64,000 nucleotides of DNA from an uncultured Sediminispirochaeta sp. (lineage in GTDB: Bacteria; Spirochaetota; Spirochaetia; DSM-16054; Sediminispirochaetaceae). The stretch lies in contig CAZDFY010000003.1 of assembly GCA_964504785.1 (NCBI GenBank), forward strand, positions 25,595 to 89,594. Reading direction: 5' to 3'. The notes below the pieces were generated by a model. It saw only the letters and a list, made by a program, of their open reading frames with translations, searched no databases and was not told the origin of the DNA. Position numbers and translations under genes: made by a program. The stretch's first letter is position 1. Every line of letters starts with the position of its first letter. This document shows positions 37,566-47,986 of the stretch, in pieces.

Positions 37566-39069
37566 AATATTTGATACGACTTTGCGCGACGGCGAGCAAT
37601 CTCCGGGCGCTTCTATGACCCTTGATCAAAAGATTGAAATGGCGGAAGCCCTCGAAAGCCTTGGAGTAGATGTAATTGAGGCCGGTTTTCCGGTTTCATC
37701 AAAGGTACAGTTTGAGGCGGTACGACGTATAGCCGGTAGTCTGAAGAAGGCGACGGTAGTCGGATTATCACGTTGTGTAAAAAAGGATATCGATGTCACC
37801 TACGAAGCGGTGAAAGATGCTGCCCATCCTATGCTTCACCTCTTTATTGCCACAAGTCCGCTCCATAGGGAATACAAACTAAAGAAGGACCGCAGTCAGG
37901 TGCTTGAATCAATTGCCTCTCATCTTGATTATGCGAGACAATACTTCGAAAAGATAGAGTTTTCACCGGAGGATGCCTCACGTACGGAGAACGATTTTCT
38001 GCTTGAGGTTATTAAAACAGCAATCGCCCACGGGGCTACTACGGTAAATATTCCCGATACCGTCGGGTTTGCCATGCCCGATGAGTTCGGCTCACTTATT
38101 GAGTGGCTCGTGGCTCATGTGCCCGAGTTTCAGGATGGGACCGTTGATCTTTCGGTCCACTGTCACAATGATCTCGGTCTCGCCGCGGCCAATTCTCTGG
38201 CCGCCGTAAAGGCAGGGGCGACCCAGGTTGAGGTAACGCTGAACGGGATAGGCGAACGGGCCGGCAATTGCGCGCTGGAAGAACTTGTAATGGGCCTTGA
38301 AGTACGGCGGGACCTGTATAATGTGAGTACCCACATAAACAAAGAGTATCTCTACCCGACGGGAAAATTGCTTCAAAATCTTACCGGCCTGCTGTTTCAG
38401 AGAAACAAACCGATTTTCGGAGATAATGTGTTCACCCACGAGTCGGGCATCCATCAGCATGGAGTACTCTCACACCGTGAAACCTATGAAATCATGAACC
38501 CCACTACAATCGGAAGACACAGTGAGAGTCTGGTAATGGGTCGCCACTCGGGAAAGCACGCCCTTCAGGAGAAACTAAAAACCTACAATATTCGCTTGAC
38601 CGAAGAGCAGTTTCAAAGGGTTTTTGAAAAATTTGCCGAAATCGCAGACAAAAAGAAGGAAGTCTATGATGAGGATTTATTCTCGATTGTGTCGAATGTA
38701 CTGGGCGGGATGCTTGAAGGCTACCGGATGCTCTATTTTCACGTGTATACCGGTAACACCCTTATCCCTTCGGCCACAATAAAACTGGAGGAAAAGGACA
38801 AGGAGTATGTTGCAACGGCTACCGGCGATGGACCTGTTGATGCGATGTTTAACGCTATTGATGAGTGTTGCGATATCAAGACTAAGCTTGAAGAGTACAT
38901 AATTCAGGCGGTGGGCTCCGGGAAAGATGCCCAGGGGCAGGTAAAATTGATGCTGGATATTGATGGAGAATTGTTTGCCGGAAAGGCCTCATCGACGGAT
39001 ATTGTTGAGGCTTCAGCACTTGCGTACTTAAACGCGGTGAATCGCTCTGTACTGAAGCGGCTCAAATAA
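37549..39069 (+). CDS. leuA: 2-isopropylmalate synthase
   Basis: IFDTTLRDGEQSPGASM...EAGFPVSS, HCHNDLG, and a C-terminal LeuA dimerisation/regulatory region. ATG 37549 lies 7 nt after AAGGAG and the gene overlaps the cimA 3' end. Confidence 0.85.
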   Translation: MEGYIKIFDTTLRDGEQSPGASMTLDQKIEMAEALESLGVDVIEAGFPVSSKVQFEAVRRIAGSLKKATVVGLSRCVKKDIDVTYEAVKDAAHPMLHLFIATSPLHREYKLKKDRSQVLESIASHLDYARQYFEKIEFSPEDASRTENDFLLEVIKTAIAHGATTVNIPDTVGFAMPDEFGSLIEWLVAHVPEFQDGTVDLSVHCHNDLGLAAANSLAAVKAGATQVEVTLNGIGERAGNCALEELVMGLEVRRDLYNVSTHINKEYLYPTGKLLQNLTGLLFQRNKPIFGDNVFTHESGIHQHGVLSHRETYEIMNPTTIGRHSESLVMGRHSGKHALQEKLKTYNIRLTEEQFQRVFEKFAEIADKKKEVYDEDLFSIVSNVLGGMLEGYRMLYFHVYTGNTLIPSATIKLEEKDKEYVATATGDGPVDAMFNAIDECCDIKTKLEEYIIQAVGSGKDAQGQVKLMLDIDGELFAGKASSTDIVEASALAYLNAVNRSVLKRLK

Positions 39070-39078
39070 GGAGAAATT

Positions 39079-40422
39079 ATGGATACTACACAACAGGCCC
39101 AGACCCTGACGGAGAAGATATTCAGCGAGAAAGCGGGCCGAGCTGTTACGGCGGGGGAGTACCTTTTGCTGGATGTGGATGTTGCCCTGGGTAATGATAT
39201 TACCGCTCCTGTTGCCATCAAGGAGTTCGAGAAGTTTAATGGGCGGGAGCTCTTCGATCCGGATCGAATTGTATTTGTGGCCGACCATTTCACCCCGAAC
39301 AAAGACATTCAATCCGCCATGCAGGTAAAAATGGTACGCGATTTTTCCCGGACCCATGGAATCAAAAAGTTTTATGATGTCGGGAAAATGGGGATCGAAC
39401 ATGTACTTCTGCCGGAGCAGGGGTTGGTGAAATCAGGAGATTTGGTAGTCGGGGCCGATAGTCACACGTGTACCTACGGAGCCCTCGGTGCCTTTTCTAC
39501 CGGCGTGGGTTCCACCGATCTGGCCGGGGTCTTTTTTACAGGAAAAGCATGGTTCAAGGTGCCCGAGGCAATTCGGGTGGAGCTGAAGGGGAGTTTTTCT
39601 CCGGGGGTATCGGGGAAAGATCTTATTCTCCATATTATCTCGGAACTGGGAGTAGATGGGGCCAACTATCAGGCCATCGAGTTTACCGGCCCGGGAGTGG
39701 CTGAAGTAAGTATGGATTCTCGGTTTACCGTCAGCAATATGGCCATAGAGGCGGGGGGAAAAGCGGGGCTTTTCCCGGTTGACGATGTAACCCGGGCATA
39801 CGAGTCGCAGCGGGGCATTGAAGCGGCACCCCGGACAGCCGATGACGGTGCCCGATACAGCCGAACCTTAGAGATTGACCTGAATATGCTTGAAGCTACT
39901 GTGGCCCGTCCTTTTCTGCCGGAAAACGGTGCTGTTGTCTCTGCACTGGCTTCTGAAAAGGTAAAGGTGGACCAGGTGGTGATAGGAAGTTGTACCAACG
40001 GCCGTATAGAAGATCTGCGCAGTGCGGCGGCTGTTTTAGGGGATGCCCGGATAGCAGAAGGGGTCCGCTGTATAATTCTTCCCGGTTCCCAGGAGGTGTA
40101 CCTGCAATCGATGCGGGAAGGGCTGACGGAAAAATTTGTCACCGCGGGATGTGTTTTTTCTACCCCTACCTGTGGGCCCTGTTTAGGTGGACATATGGGT
40201 ATTTTGGCCGAAAAAGAGGTAGCCCTATCTACTACCAACCGCAATTTTGTGGGTCGAATGGGCCATGCAAGCAGCGAAGTCTATCTTGCTTCTCCGGCGG
40301 TTGCGGCAGCCACGGCCGTTCAGGGATATATCTGCGGACCCGATGCCCCGGCCCTTGAGCGCCTGGGAGAGCTGGAAAAAAAGGGGCCGGAGACAAAGGA
40401 AGCTGTTTCAACGGCCCCGTGA
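39079..40422 (+). CDS. leuC: 3-isopropylmalate dehydratase large subunit
   Basis: 447 aa aconitase-family protein. Cluster Cys motifs GSCTNGR and PTCGPCLG. Confidence 0.85.
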   Translation: MDTTQQAQTLTEKIFSEKAGRAVTAGEYLLLDVDVALGNDITAPVAIKEFEKFNGRELFDPDRIVFVADHFTPNKDIQSAMQVKMVRDFSRTHGIKKFYDVGKMGIEHVLLPEQGLVKSGDLVVGADSHTCTYGALGAFSTGVGSTDLAGVFFTGKAWFKVPEAIRVELKGSFSPGVSGKDLILHIISELGVDGANYQAIEFTGPGVAEVSMDSRFTVSNMAIEAGGKAGLFPVDDVTRAYESQRGIEAAPRTADDGARYSRTLEIDLNMLEATVARPFLPENGAVVSALASEKVKVDQVVIGSCTNGRIEDLRSAAAVLGDARIAEGVRCIILPGSQEVYLQSMREGLTEKFVTAGCVFSTPTCGPCLGGHMGILAEKEVALSTTNRNFVGRMGHASSEVYLASPAVAAATAVQGYICGPDAPALERLGELEKKGPETKEAVSTAP

Positions 40423-40468
40423 CCCTTTGTACGAAAATGCAGAACAAGTTTAATCAAGCGAGGACATC

Positions 40469-40987
40469 ATGATACGAGAAGGAAAGGTCTTTAAGTTCGG
40501 AGACCATATAAATACGGACGAAATAATTCCGGCCCGGTATCTTTCTACCACCGACCCGGGAGAGCTGGCCAAAAACTGCATGGAAGACGCCCGGCCCGGG
40601 TTCGGAGGACAGGCGGATGTGGACGGTAGTATTCTGGTGGCCGGGGAAAACTTCGGCTGCGGCTCTTCCAGAGAGCACGCTCCGATTGCAATAAAAGCTG
40701 CCGGAATACAGTGTGTTATAGCAAAAAGCTTTGCCCGTATCTTTCTGCGAAACTGCATAAACATCGGCTTGCCGATTGTAGAATTGGGAGAAACCGATGC
40801 TATCGAAGAGGGGGATTACCTTAAGGTAGATTTCAGTTCCGGGGAGATGTCGAATAGTACCCAGAAGAAGGAGTTTGTCATCAACACCTATCCCGAGTTT
40901 CTGCAGCAGATTATCCGCAGTGGCGGGTGGCTTTCCTATGCCACCACACACCTGGCACCGGAGCGGGTGCTGAAAGGGGGCAGCTGA
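40469..40987 (+). CDS. leuD: 3-isopropylmalate dehydratase small subunit
   Basis: 172 aa. [15 protein letters not shown] and [14 protein letters not shown]. Confidence 0.85.
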   Translation: MIREGKVFKFGDHINTDEIIPARYLSTTDPGELAKNCMEDARPGFGGQADVDGSILVAGENFGCGSSREHAPIAIKAAGIQCVIAKSFARIFLRNCINIGLPIVELGETDAIEEGDYLKVDFSSGEMSNSTQKKEFVINTYPEFLQQIIRSGGWLSYATTHLAPERVLKGGS

Positions 40988-40988
40988 G

Positions 40989-42059
40989 ATGAGCTATAAA
41001 ATCGCACTGCTGCCTGGTGATGGTATCGGCCCTGAAGTAATGGATGCAACTCAAAAGGTACTGGAGGGGGTACGTAAAAAATACGGCATCCAGTTTGAGT
41101 ATGAAAGAGGACTTATAGGGGGGGCGGCCCTAGACGCCTGTGACACAGCGCTCCCCCAGGAGACCCTCGAAGTGTGCCGCCGCTGCGATGCGGTGTTGCT
41201 GGGAAGTGTTGGAGGGCCGAAATGGGACACCCTGCCGCCGGAGAAGAGACCCGAGCGGGGAGGTCTTCTGGCCTTGAGAAAGCAGCTGAACTTATTTGCA
41301 AATTTACGCCCAGTGCGGGTGTATCCGGAAATAGCTCACCTCTCGCCACTGAACAGCCGGCGGATAGAGGAGGGGGTAGACCTTTTGACCGTTCGTGAGC
41401 TTTCCGGGGGGATCTATTTTGGTGAACCGAAAGAGAAAAATGAGAACTACGGATTGGACACCATGTACTACGAGAAAGAGACCATCCGGCGGGTGGCGAA
41501 GATTGCCTTTGAAGCGGCGGGGCGAAGAAGGAAAAAGCTCACCTCGGTGGATAAGGCCAATGTGCTCTACAGCTCCCTTCTGTGGCGTGAAACCGTTGAA
41601 GAAACTGCACAGGAGTATCCGGAGGTGAAGGTAAATCATATGTACGTTGATAATGCGGCTATGCAGCTTATTCTCAATCCTGGACAGTTTGATGTTATTC
41701 TTACGGGTAATCTTTTTGGTGATATACTATCCGATGAATCTGCAGCCCTTCCCGGTTCTCTTGGGGTCTTACCCTCCGCTTCCCTAGGGAGCTCGGTACA
41801 CCTGTTTGAGCCTGCCGGAGGTTCCGCCCCGGATATTGCCGGAATGAACAAAGCCAACCCGGTTGCGCAAATTCTATCTGCTGCAATGATGTGTGAATAC
41901 GGATTGGGCTTGGCCGAAGCAGCCTCTGCAATAAGAAGTGCAGTTGAAAAAAGCTTTGCCGAGGGGGTGTGTACGGCGGATATGTTGTCGGGCCCGGACA
42001 CCGCACCGGCAAGTACCACAGAAGTGGCCGAAACAATAACCGGATTTATTTCTCAGTGA
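40989..42059 (+). CDS. leuB: 3-isopropylmalate dehydrogenase
   Basis: 356 aa. [21 protein letters not shown], and typical length. Confidence 0.9.
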   Translation: MSYKIALLPGDGIGPEVMDATQKVLEGVRKKYGIQFEYERGLIGGAALDACDTALPQETLEVCRRCDAVLLGSVGGPKWDTLPPEKRPERGGLLALRKQLNLFANLRPVRVYPEIAHLSPLNSRRIEEGVDLLTVRELSGGIYFGEPKEKNENYGLDTMYYEKETIRRVAKIAFEAAGRRRKKLTSVDKANVLYSSLLWRETVEETAQEYPEVKVNHMYVDNAAMQLILNPGQFDVILTGNLFGDILSDESAALPGSLGVLPSASLGSSVHLFEPAGGSAPDIAGMNKANPVAQILSAAMMCEYGLGLAEAASAIRSAVEKSFAEGVCTADMLSGPDTAPASTTEVAETITGFISQ

Positions 42060-42083
42060 AACTAATTGAACTTTAATGTACGT

Positions 42084-42117
42084 AAATGCAACAATATTAA
42101 TTTTATTGTTGCATTTT
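42084..42117 (+). terminator. rho-independent terminator of the ilv-leu operon
   Basis: Perfect 12-bp stem AAATGCAACAAT / ATTGTTGCATTT with a 9-nt loop, ending in a T-run, 25 nt after the leuB stop. Confidence 0.7.
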
Positions 42118-42243
42118 AAATGTATAAGCGTGCTATATGCTTGTAATAAATAAAAAAATCCGTTGTAATAGGGCCTGGGCATGCGCTGTTTGTAATGGAA
42201 ATGAAATCTAGTGTGCCCGAAAATCAGCAGTGAGAGGCGTTGT

Positions 42244-43104
42244 ATGAATAAGGTCCTTGAGAAGCTTCAGTTATCCGACCAAGTGTATAAAATGAAGCTT
42301 GAAGCCCCATTAATTGCCCAGGAGCGCAAACCTGGACAATTTGTAATAGTACAAAAAGATACAAATTATGGTGAGAGAATTCCCCTTACCATTGCAGATG
42401 CCGACCCTGATGAGGGATCTATAACCATTATTTTCCAGACAGTTGGTAAAACCACCATTGAGTTATCACAGTTTGAACCGGGCGATTCAATTGAGAATGT
42501 ACTCGGGCCTCTAGGGCAGCCCACCCATATTGAAAAAGTCGGTACTGTTGTCTGTGTTGGCGGAGGGATCGGGGTGGCGCCAATGCATCCGATTGCCCAG
42601 GCCCTAAAAGACGCCGGTAACAAGGTAATTATCATTATCGGAGCCAGGAACAAAGAGCTTGTCATTATGGAAGATGAAATGAAGGCTATTGCTGATGAGC
42701 TGATAGTAGTTACCGATGACGGTAGTTACGGCCGCAAAGCCCTGGTCACGGAACCCCTAAAGGAGCTCTGTGAAAATGATCCCCCCGATGAAGTAGTAGC
42801 TATCGGCCCGCCGATAATGATGAAGTTCGCCGCTGAAACAACCCGGCCCTTTGGAATTCCTACTATAGTATCCTTAAATACCATTATGGTCGACGGCACC
42901 GGAATGTGCGGCGGCTGCCGGGTCACAGTCGGCGGAAAAACGAAATTCGTCTGTGTTGATGGACCGGAGTTTGACGGACATCAGGTTGATTTTGACAATA
43001 TGATGCTGCGTTTAGGAGCGTATAAAGACCTAGAAGAAGAGCAGACCCACAAATGTCGGCTCGATGCACAAATAGAGGCTAAACAGGCAAAGGAGTCGAA
43101 ATGA
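42244..43104 (+). CDS. nfnA: NfnA/SudB-like FAD/NAD-binding, [2Fe-2S] subunit
   Basis: 287 aa from ATG 42244 (GAGAGG RBS). PGQFVIV, GGGIGVAP, and a C-terminal CGGCRV cluster. Confidence 0.65.
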   Translation: MNKVLEKLQLSDQVYKMKLEAPLIAQERKPGQFVIVQKDTNYGERIPLTIADADPDEGSITIIFQTVGKTTIELSQFEPGDSIENVLGPLGQPTHIEKVGTVVCVGGGIGVAPMHPIAQALKDAGNKVIIIIGARNKELVIMEDEMKAIADELIVVTDDGSYGRKALVTEPLKELCENDPPDEVVAIGPPIMMKFAAETTRPFGIPTIVSLNTIMVDGTGMCGGCRVTVGGKTKFVCVDGPEFDGHQVDFDNMMLRLGAYKDLEEEQTHKCRLDAQIEAKQAKESK

Positions 43105-44582
43105 AATCCCCCGAAGAACTAAAACGCGAAGCTGATGAACTATTCGAAGGGATAGTCGGTGTAGAGTTGAAAAATAAAGACCGCATGAAGATCCCCTCTC
43201 AGGAGATGCCGAACCAGGATCCTGATGCGCGTATAGAAAATATGAACGAAGTTGCAACCGGATATTTTGAGCACCAGGTGCGGGTCGAAGCGGCCCGCTG
43301 TCTCAACTGTAAAAACGCACCCTGCATAGAGGGCTGTCCGGTAGCCATCGATATACCCGGATTTATAAAAGCGGCCGAGGCCGGCGATTTTGACAAGTCG
43401 GTGCAGATTATCAAAGAGAGCAGCCTGTTGCCGGCCATTTGCGGCCGGGTCTGCCCGCAGGAGACCCAGTGCCAGGCCACCTGTACGGTGGGGAAGGCCC
43501 TCAAGGATCCCCTCAAATCGGTTTCGATAGGGCGTATTGAGCGTTATGTGGCGGACCTTGAGCGCGAATCCGGTAAAAAATCGATCCCGGAAATTGCCCC
43601 CGACACCGGTAAGAAGGTAGCTGTAATAGGCTCCGGACCGGCGGGTATTACCGCCGCAGCGGACCTCCGAAAGGCGGGGCATCAGGTAACAATTTTCGAG
43701 GCCTTCCATAAGCCCGGCGGGGTAATGATCTACGGTATCCCCGAATTCCGCCTGCCGAAGGCTATTGTACAGGAAGAGTTTGATACCTTGACGGCCATGG
43801 GAGTTGAGCTTCAGACCAACTTTCTTGTTGGCCGCACCCGCAAACTTACCGATTTGATTGAAAAAGACGGCTACGATTCGATCTTCATCGGCAGCGGTGC
43901 CGGGCTTCCGAAGTTTATGAATATCGAGGGCGAGAATCTGGTAGGTGTGTTCAGTGCAAACGAGTATCTGACACGCTCCAATATGATGAAAGCCTATGAT
44001 GAGGACCATGCCGACACACCAATATACCACTCAAAGCGGGTCGCGGTGCTTGGAGGCGGAAACGTTGCAATGGATGCCGCCCGAACAGCAGTTCGTTTGG
44101 GTGCGGAGAAGGTATATATTATCTACCGACGAACTGAAGTAGAGATGCCGGCCCGAGTCGAAGAGGTGCATCACGCCAAGGAAGAGGGCATAGAGTTTAT
44201 GCTGCTGCACAATCCAAAACAGATACTTGGTAATGAGAACGGCCGAGTAAAAGGGCTGGAACTGCTCACTTATGAACTCGGCGAACCGGACGACTCCGGA
44301 CGCCGCCGACCGGTCCCGATTGAAGGAAGCGAAAGCATTCTGGATGTTGATACGGTAATTGTTTCAATCGGTAACGATTCAAACCCCCTGCTTGAGCACA
44401 CTACTGATAATCTTGAGACCAACAAATGGGGCAACATTGTGGTGAATGATGATCTGGAAACCTCAATTGACCGGGTGTATGCCGGTGGAGACATCGTGCT
44501 TGGGGCTGCAACGGTTATTCTGGCGATGGGGCAGGGGCGCAAGGCCGCCGCTCAAATTAACGAGCGACTGGCCAAGGAGTAA
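43101..44582 (+). CDS. nfnB: NfnB / glutamate-synthase-small-chain-like NADPH oxidoreductase
   Basis: 493 aa. Fe-S Cys motifs CLNCKNAPC and CGRVCP, and two dinucleotide folds (GSGPAG, GGGNVAMD). ATGA overlap with the upstream gene. Confidence 0.7.
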   Translation: MKSPEELKREADELFEGIVGVELKNKDRMKIPSQEMPNQDPDARIENMNEVATGYFEHQVRVEAARCLNCKNAPCIEGCPVAIDIPGFIKAAEAGDFDKSVQIIKESSLLPAICGRVCPQETQCQATCTVGKALKDPLKSVSIGRIERYVADLERESGKKSIPEIAPDTGKKVAVIGSGPAGITAAADLRKAGHQVTIFEAFHKPGGVMIYGIPEFRLPKAIVQEEFDTLTAMGVELQTNFLVGRTRKLTDLIEKDGYDSIFIGSGAGLPKFMNIEGENLVGVFSANEYLTRSNMMKAYDEDHADTPIYHSKRVAVLGGGNVAMDAARTAVRLGAEKVYIIYRRTEVEMPARVEEVHHAKEEGIEFMLLHNPKQILGNENGRVKGLELLTYELGEPDDSGRRRPVPIEGSESILDVDTVIVSIGNDSNPLLEHTTDNLETNKWGNIVVNDDLETSIDRVYAGGDIVLGAATVILAMGQGRKAAAQINERLAKE

Positions 44583-44629
44583 TCCACGGTGAGTAATTCA
44601 CGGGTAGTACAGGCCTAGAAATACCCATC

Positions 44630-45259
44630 CTATTCAGCCGGTTCGCATTGAATATATCTTCCCCCGATGATCAATTGGGGGAGGAGTATATCATGGGGTT
44701 CGGAGGGTATTGTATCTAAAAGCTGCACTGAAAAGCCTATTCCTACCGGTACCATGCGCCGATCTTTCATCAGCAAGGGGTAGCGGCTTAGCCACTTATC
44801 GTAATATCCCTTTCCACGACCCAGACGATGTCCCCTGCGATCAAAGCCCAAGCCGGGAGTCGCGATTACACAAAGCCCATTTTCGTCGGTAGATAGAAAT
44901 TTCTCAGGGGAAAAAAGGGGGACGGTATCGCGGGGTTCCCAAATGCCGTAAGAATTGTACTCCAAATCGAGATACGGGTCCGCCCCCCCTCGGGAGATCA
45001 GATAAAACTCCATCTCCTCGCCCTGTATTCGCGGTGCCCATACCCGTTTTTTCTCTGAAACCGCTGTCTGTACTATTCCCTTTGTATCTATCTCTCCCGG
45101 CATAGAAAGGAAGAGTAACACGTCCCTGCTGCGGCTCCATTCGGGGAGGCTGGAAAACCCTTCGGCCATCGCCTTTGATTCATCCTTCCTCTGCTGTTCA
45201 GAGAGCCCTTTTATTCTTTCCTGTAATTTTTTTCGCAGTTCTGATTTCCTGGAATCCAT
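44630..45259 (-). CDS. 5-formyltetrahydrofolate cyclo-ligase
   Basis: 209 aa with the signature GLGFDRRGHRLGRGKGYYD. Confidence 0.8.
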   Translation of the reverse strand: MDSRKSELRKKLQERIKGLSEQQRKDESKAMAEGFSSLPEWSRSRDVLLFLSMPGEIDTKGIVQTAVSEKKRVWAPRIQGEEMEFYLISRGGADPYLDLEYNSYGIWEPRDTVPLFSPEKFLSTDENGLCVIATPGLGFDRRGHRLGRGKGYYDKWLSRYPLLMKDRRMVPVGIGFSVQLLDTIPSEPHDILLPQLIIGGRYIQCEPAE

Positions 45260-45261
45260 GG

Positions 45262-46410
45262 TTACTCCTTTGCGGGAAGCCTAAGGGCCACTGCTGTCTC
45301 CAGGTGATAGGTATGGGGGAACATATCCATCGGCTGTATTTCTAGAAGTTCATACCCGGCTTCCAAAAAAAAGCGCAGGTCCCTGGCCAGAACAGGGGGA
45401 CTACAAGAGACATACAGCACCAGGGGGAACCCCATTTCTGCTATACGGCCGGCTTTTCCGGATAAACCCTGACGGGGGGGATCGAAGAGTGCAGCCCGGA
45501 TATCCGGTGACTGTGTGCTGATAGTAGAAAGAATCTTTTGAAAAGGGGCCCGGCGGTAAGAGAACCCTCCCTCACGGCTATGAGAAGGAACCGATAAAGG
45601 AATACTCCTGCGGGCTTTTTCAATAGCAGGACGGGAAATATCATATCCAGTTACCCTCACCCCCAATTCACCGAGGGGAATTGAGAGGTTCCCATCGCCG
45701 CAGAAAAGATCCAGAACCATATCTCCGGGGCGGGTATTGTTCTTTACATGACGGTAAATAAACTGCTGAAGGGAGCGGTTGATGTGGCGATTCGTCTGCA
45801 GGAATCCACGTTTTGAATGATCTCCCTGGTAGAGAAAGCTGTAGTCCGCCTCCACGCCCTCCTCAGATACTACTTCTGCTTCCAGCGGTGACCCTGATGG
45901 AATATCTCTCTTAATCCGGGGAAGTATTTTGTTGATAACCGGCTCCATCAATACACACTTGTCGATCGGGACAAGGGTATTACTATGCTCCCGAAAGAAT
46001 CCTACCTCCCCGGCGGCATCTATTTTGAATCGGGCTGTGCGGCGATATTCGTAGGTTACGGGTGAGGGGATAGGAGGTGGAACAGAGATTTCGACCCCTG
46101 CGGTTTTCAAGAGAATACCCTCCAGATGGGAGCGCTTGGACTCAAGCTGTTGCTGATACCCGATATGCTGCCACTGACATCCTCCGCATTCGCCAAAATA
46201 CGGACAGGGAGGGGATACCCGTTCGGAGGACTGTGAGATAAAGGAGACCGCCTTGGCCCGGAGGAATTTTTTCTTTCTCTGGGTAATTTCTACCTGAACA
46301 ACATCACCGGGGGCGGTAAAGGGGACAAAGCAGACCATATTGTCTATTCGACCTATACCCTCCCCTCCAAAGGCAAGATCAGTAATCTCAACTTGATATA
46401 ACCGATTCAT
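45262..46410 (-). CDS. TRAM-domain 23S rRNA (uracil-C5)-methyltransferase, RlmD/RumA family
   Basis: 382 aa. N-terminal TRAM fold, Fe-S motif CPYFGECGGCQWQH, SAM motif DLFCGDG, and a C-terminal catalytic YVSCSP. Confidence 0.8.
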   Translation of the reverse strand: MNRLYQVEITDLAFGGEGIGRIDNMVCFVPFTAPGDVVQVEITQRKKKFLRAKAVSFISQSSERVSPPCPYFGECGGCQWQHIGYQQQLESKRSHLEGILLKTAGVEISVPPPIPSPVTYEYRRTARFKIDAAGEVGFFREHSNTLVPIDKCVLMEPVINKILPRIKRDIPSGSPLEAEVVSEEGVEADYSFLYQGDHSKRGFLQTNRHINRSLQQFIYRHVKNNTRPGDMVLDLFCGDGNLSIPLGELGVRVTGYDISRPAIEKARRSIPLSVPSHSREGGFSYRRAPFQKILSTISTQSPDIRAALFDPPRQGLSGKAGRIAEMGFPLVLYVSCSPPVLARDLRFFLEAGYELLEIQPMDMFPHTYHLETAVALRLPAKE

Positions 46411-46492
46411 TATCAGTAATACTGCTTTAAGCTTGGAAAAAAATCAACTCTGCTATACAATAGCACTCATAATTTTGTAACGGCAGGACGGG

Positions 46493-47950
46493 ATGGCGGC
46501 ACTAGTTAATTTAGGTTCGTTATTACTCTTTTTCTATTTTGCCTTTGTAATTGTGCTTACTGTTCAGATCGTATTGGACAACAAGCCCCCTGAGGTGGCG
46601 GTTGCATGGATTCTTGCAATCTACTTTTTACCTTATTTCGGAGCGGTCCTGTATCTGCTAAGCGGTGTGAACTGGAAGAAAAAGAAAATTATGAAGCAGC
46701 TTCCGGAACGCACCTTCAAAACTTATTTAGGACCCATTTTAGAGCAACAGAAGAATTTCCTGCAAAATAACGATCCGGACAACGAAGTCCACAGTGATAT
46801 AAGCAAAACAATAAGCCTCGCCCTTCAATCCGGTAACAGTATTTTAACTCTCAACAACAGTGTCCACATGTATTATGAAGGCGGCGGGTTCTTTGACGAC
46901 CTTATTCGTGATCTTGAAACGGCCGAAGAAACCATCAACATGGAGTTTTTTATCTACCGTTCCGATGAGCTGGGCAGGCGCATAAAAGATATCCTAGTGC
47001 GAAAGGCGAAAGAGGGTGTGAAGGTAAGGATGCTCTTTGACGGAGTGGGCTGTTTTAATAAATTGAGCTGGAAATTCAAGGGGGAACTCAAAGATTCGCC
47101 TATTGATGCCCGCTATTTTCTTGATCCTATGAATATTCTTTCAAGCCGGCTGCTTAACTACCGGAACCACCGTAAAATTGTAGTAATTGACGGAAAGGTC
47201 GGCTACACCGGAGGCATGAATTTAGGATTGGAGTATATGGACGGCGGCCCGAGGTTTCACCGCTGGAGGGACACCCATATGCGTCTTGTTGGGGAAAGTG
47301 TACAGATGCTCCAGGGGGTGTTTCTTTCTGATTGGTATAACAGTGGGGGAGATGTAGTACAGGACGCCCGGTTTTTTCCGCTTCCCCTCGAGAAGGATAG
47401 TTACATTCCAACTCAAGTGGTAGTCAGCGGGCCGGATTCCGACTGGAATTCCATAAAGAAGCTTTTTCTTCACCTTATCAGCAATGCCAATAACCGTGTC
47501 TATATTCAAAGCCCCTACTTTATTCCCGATCAGTCATTGATGAATGCCCTTGAAACGGCGGCCCTCAGCGGGGTTGAGGTAAACCTGATGATGACCGGCC
47601 GGCCTGATAAGAGAATACCCTTTTGGGTAGCCTATACCTATTTTGAGGACCTGTTAAACGCGGGGGTGAATATTTATCTCTATGAGGAGGGCTTTCTGCA
47701 TGCTAAAGTGTTGATAGTTGATGAAATAATTTCTACCGTCGGCAGTTGTAACATGGATACGCGAAGTTTTCACCTTGATTACGAAGTAAATGTATTTTTT
47801 TATGATAAGAAAACCACCTCCGGCCTTATTGCACAATACAATGTTGATGTTGCAGAATGTAGACAAATCACCTTTGAAGACATTCGGGAGCTTTCAATCT
47901 TCCGTCGTCTGAGAAATTCGATATTTAGAATGATTGCTCCAGTGCTCTAA
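46493..47950 (+). CDS. cls: cardiolipin synthase
   Basis: 485 aa. Two N-terminal TM helices and two HKD motifs (HRKIVVIDG, LHAKVLIVD). Confidence 0.85.
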   Translation: MAALVNLGSLLLFFYFAFVIVLTVQIVLDNKPPEVAVAWILAIYFLPYFGAVLYLLSGVNWKKKKIMKQLPERTFKTYLGPILEQQKNFLQNNDPDNEVHSDISKTISLALQSGNSILTLNNSVHMYYEGGGFFDDLIRDLETAEETINMEFFIYRSDELGRRIKDILVRKAKEGVKVRMLFDGVGCFNKLSWKFKGELKDSPIDARYFLDPMNILSSRLLNYRNHRKIVVIDGKVGYTGGMNLGLEYMDGGPRFHRWRDTHMRLVGESVQMLQGVFLSDWYNSGGDVVQDARFFPLPLEKDSYIPTQVVVSGPDSDWNSIKKLFLHLISNANNRVYIQSPYFIPDQSLMNALETAALSGVEVNLMMTGRPDKRIPFWVAYTYFEDLLNAGVNIYLYEEGFLHAKVLIVDEIISTVGSCNMDTRSFHLDYEVNVFFYDKKTTSGLIAQYNVDVAECRQITFEDIRELSIFRRLRNSIFRMIAPVL

Positions 47951-47986
47951 CCGGGCCGGGAGAAGTATCAGTGAGAGGTAATGTAA

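Noticed and set aside
42141-42196. Rex operator upstream of nfnAB
   Set aside because: Only direct TTGTAAT half-site-like repeats are present. No inverted TTCACAA/TTAACAA-type partner exists. Kept only as a low-interest repeat finding.
43140-44030. 296-aa minus-strand ORF
   Set aside because: It is antisense to the NfnB/GltD-like gene, which has clear Fe-S and dinucleotide motifs. It is a shadow ORF.
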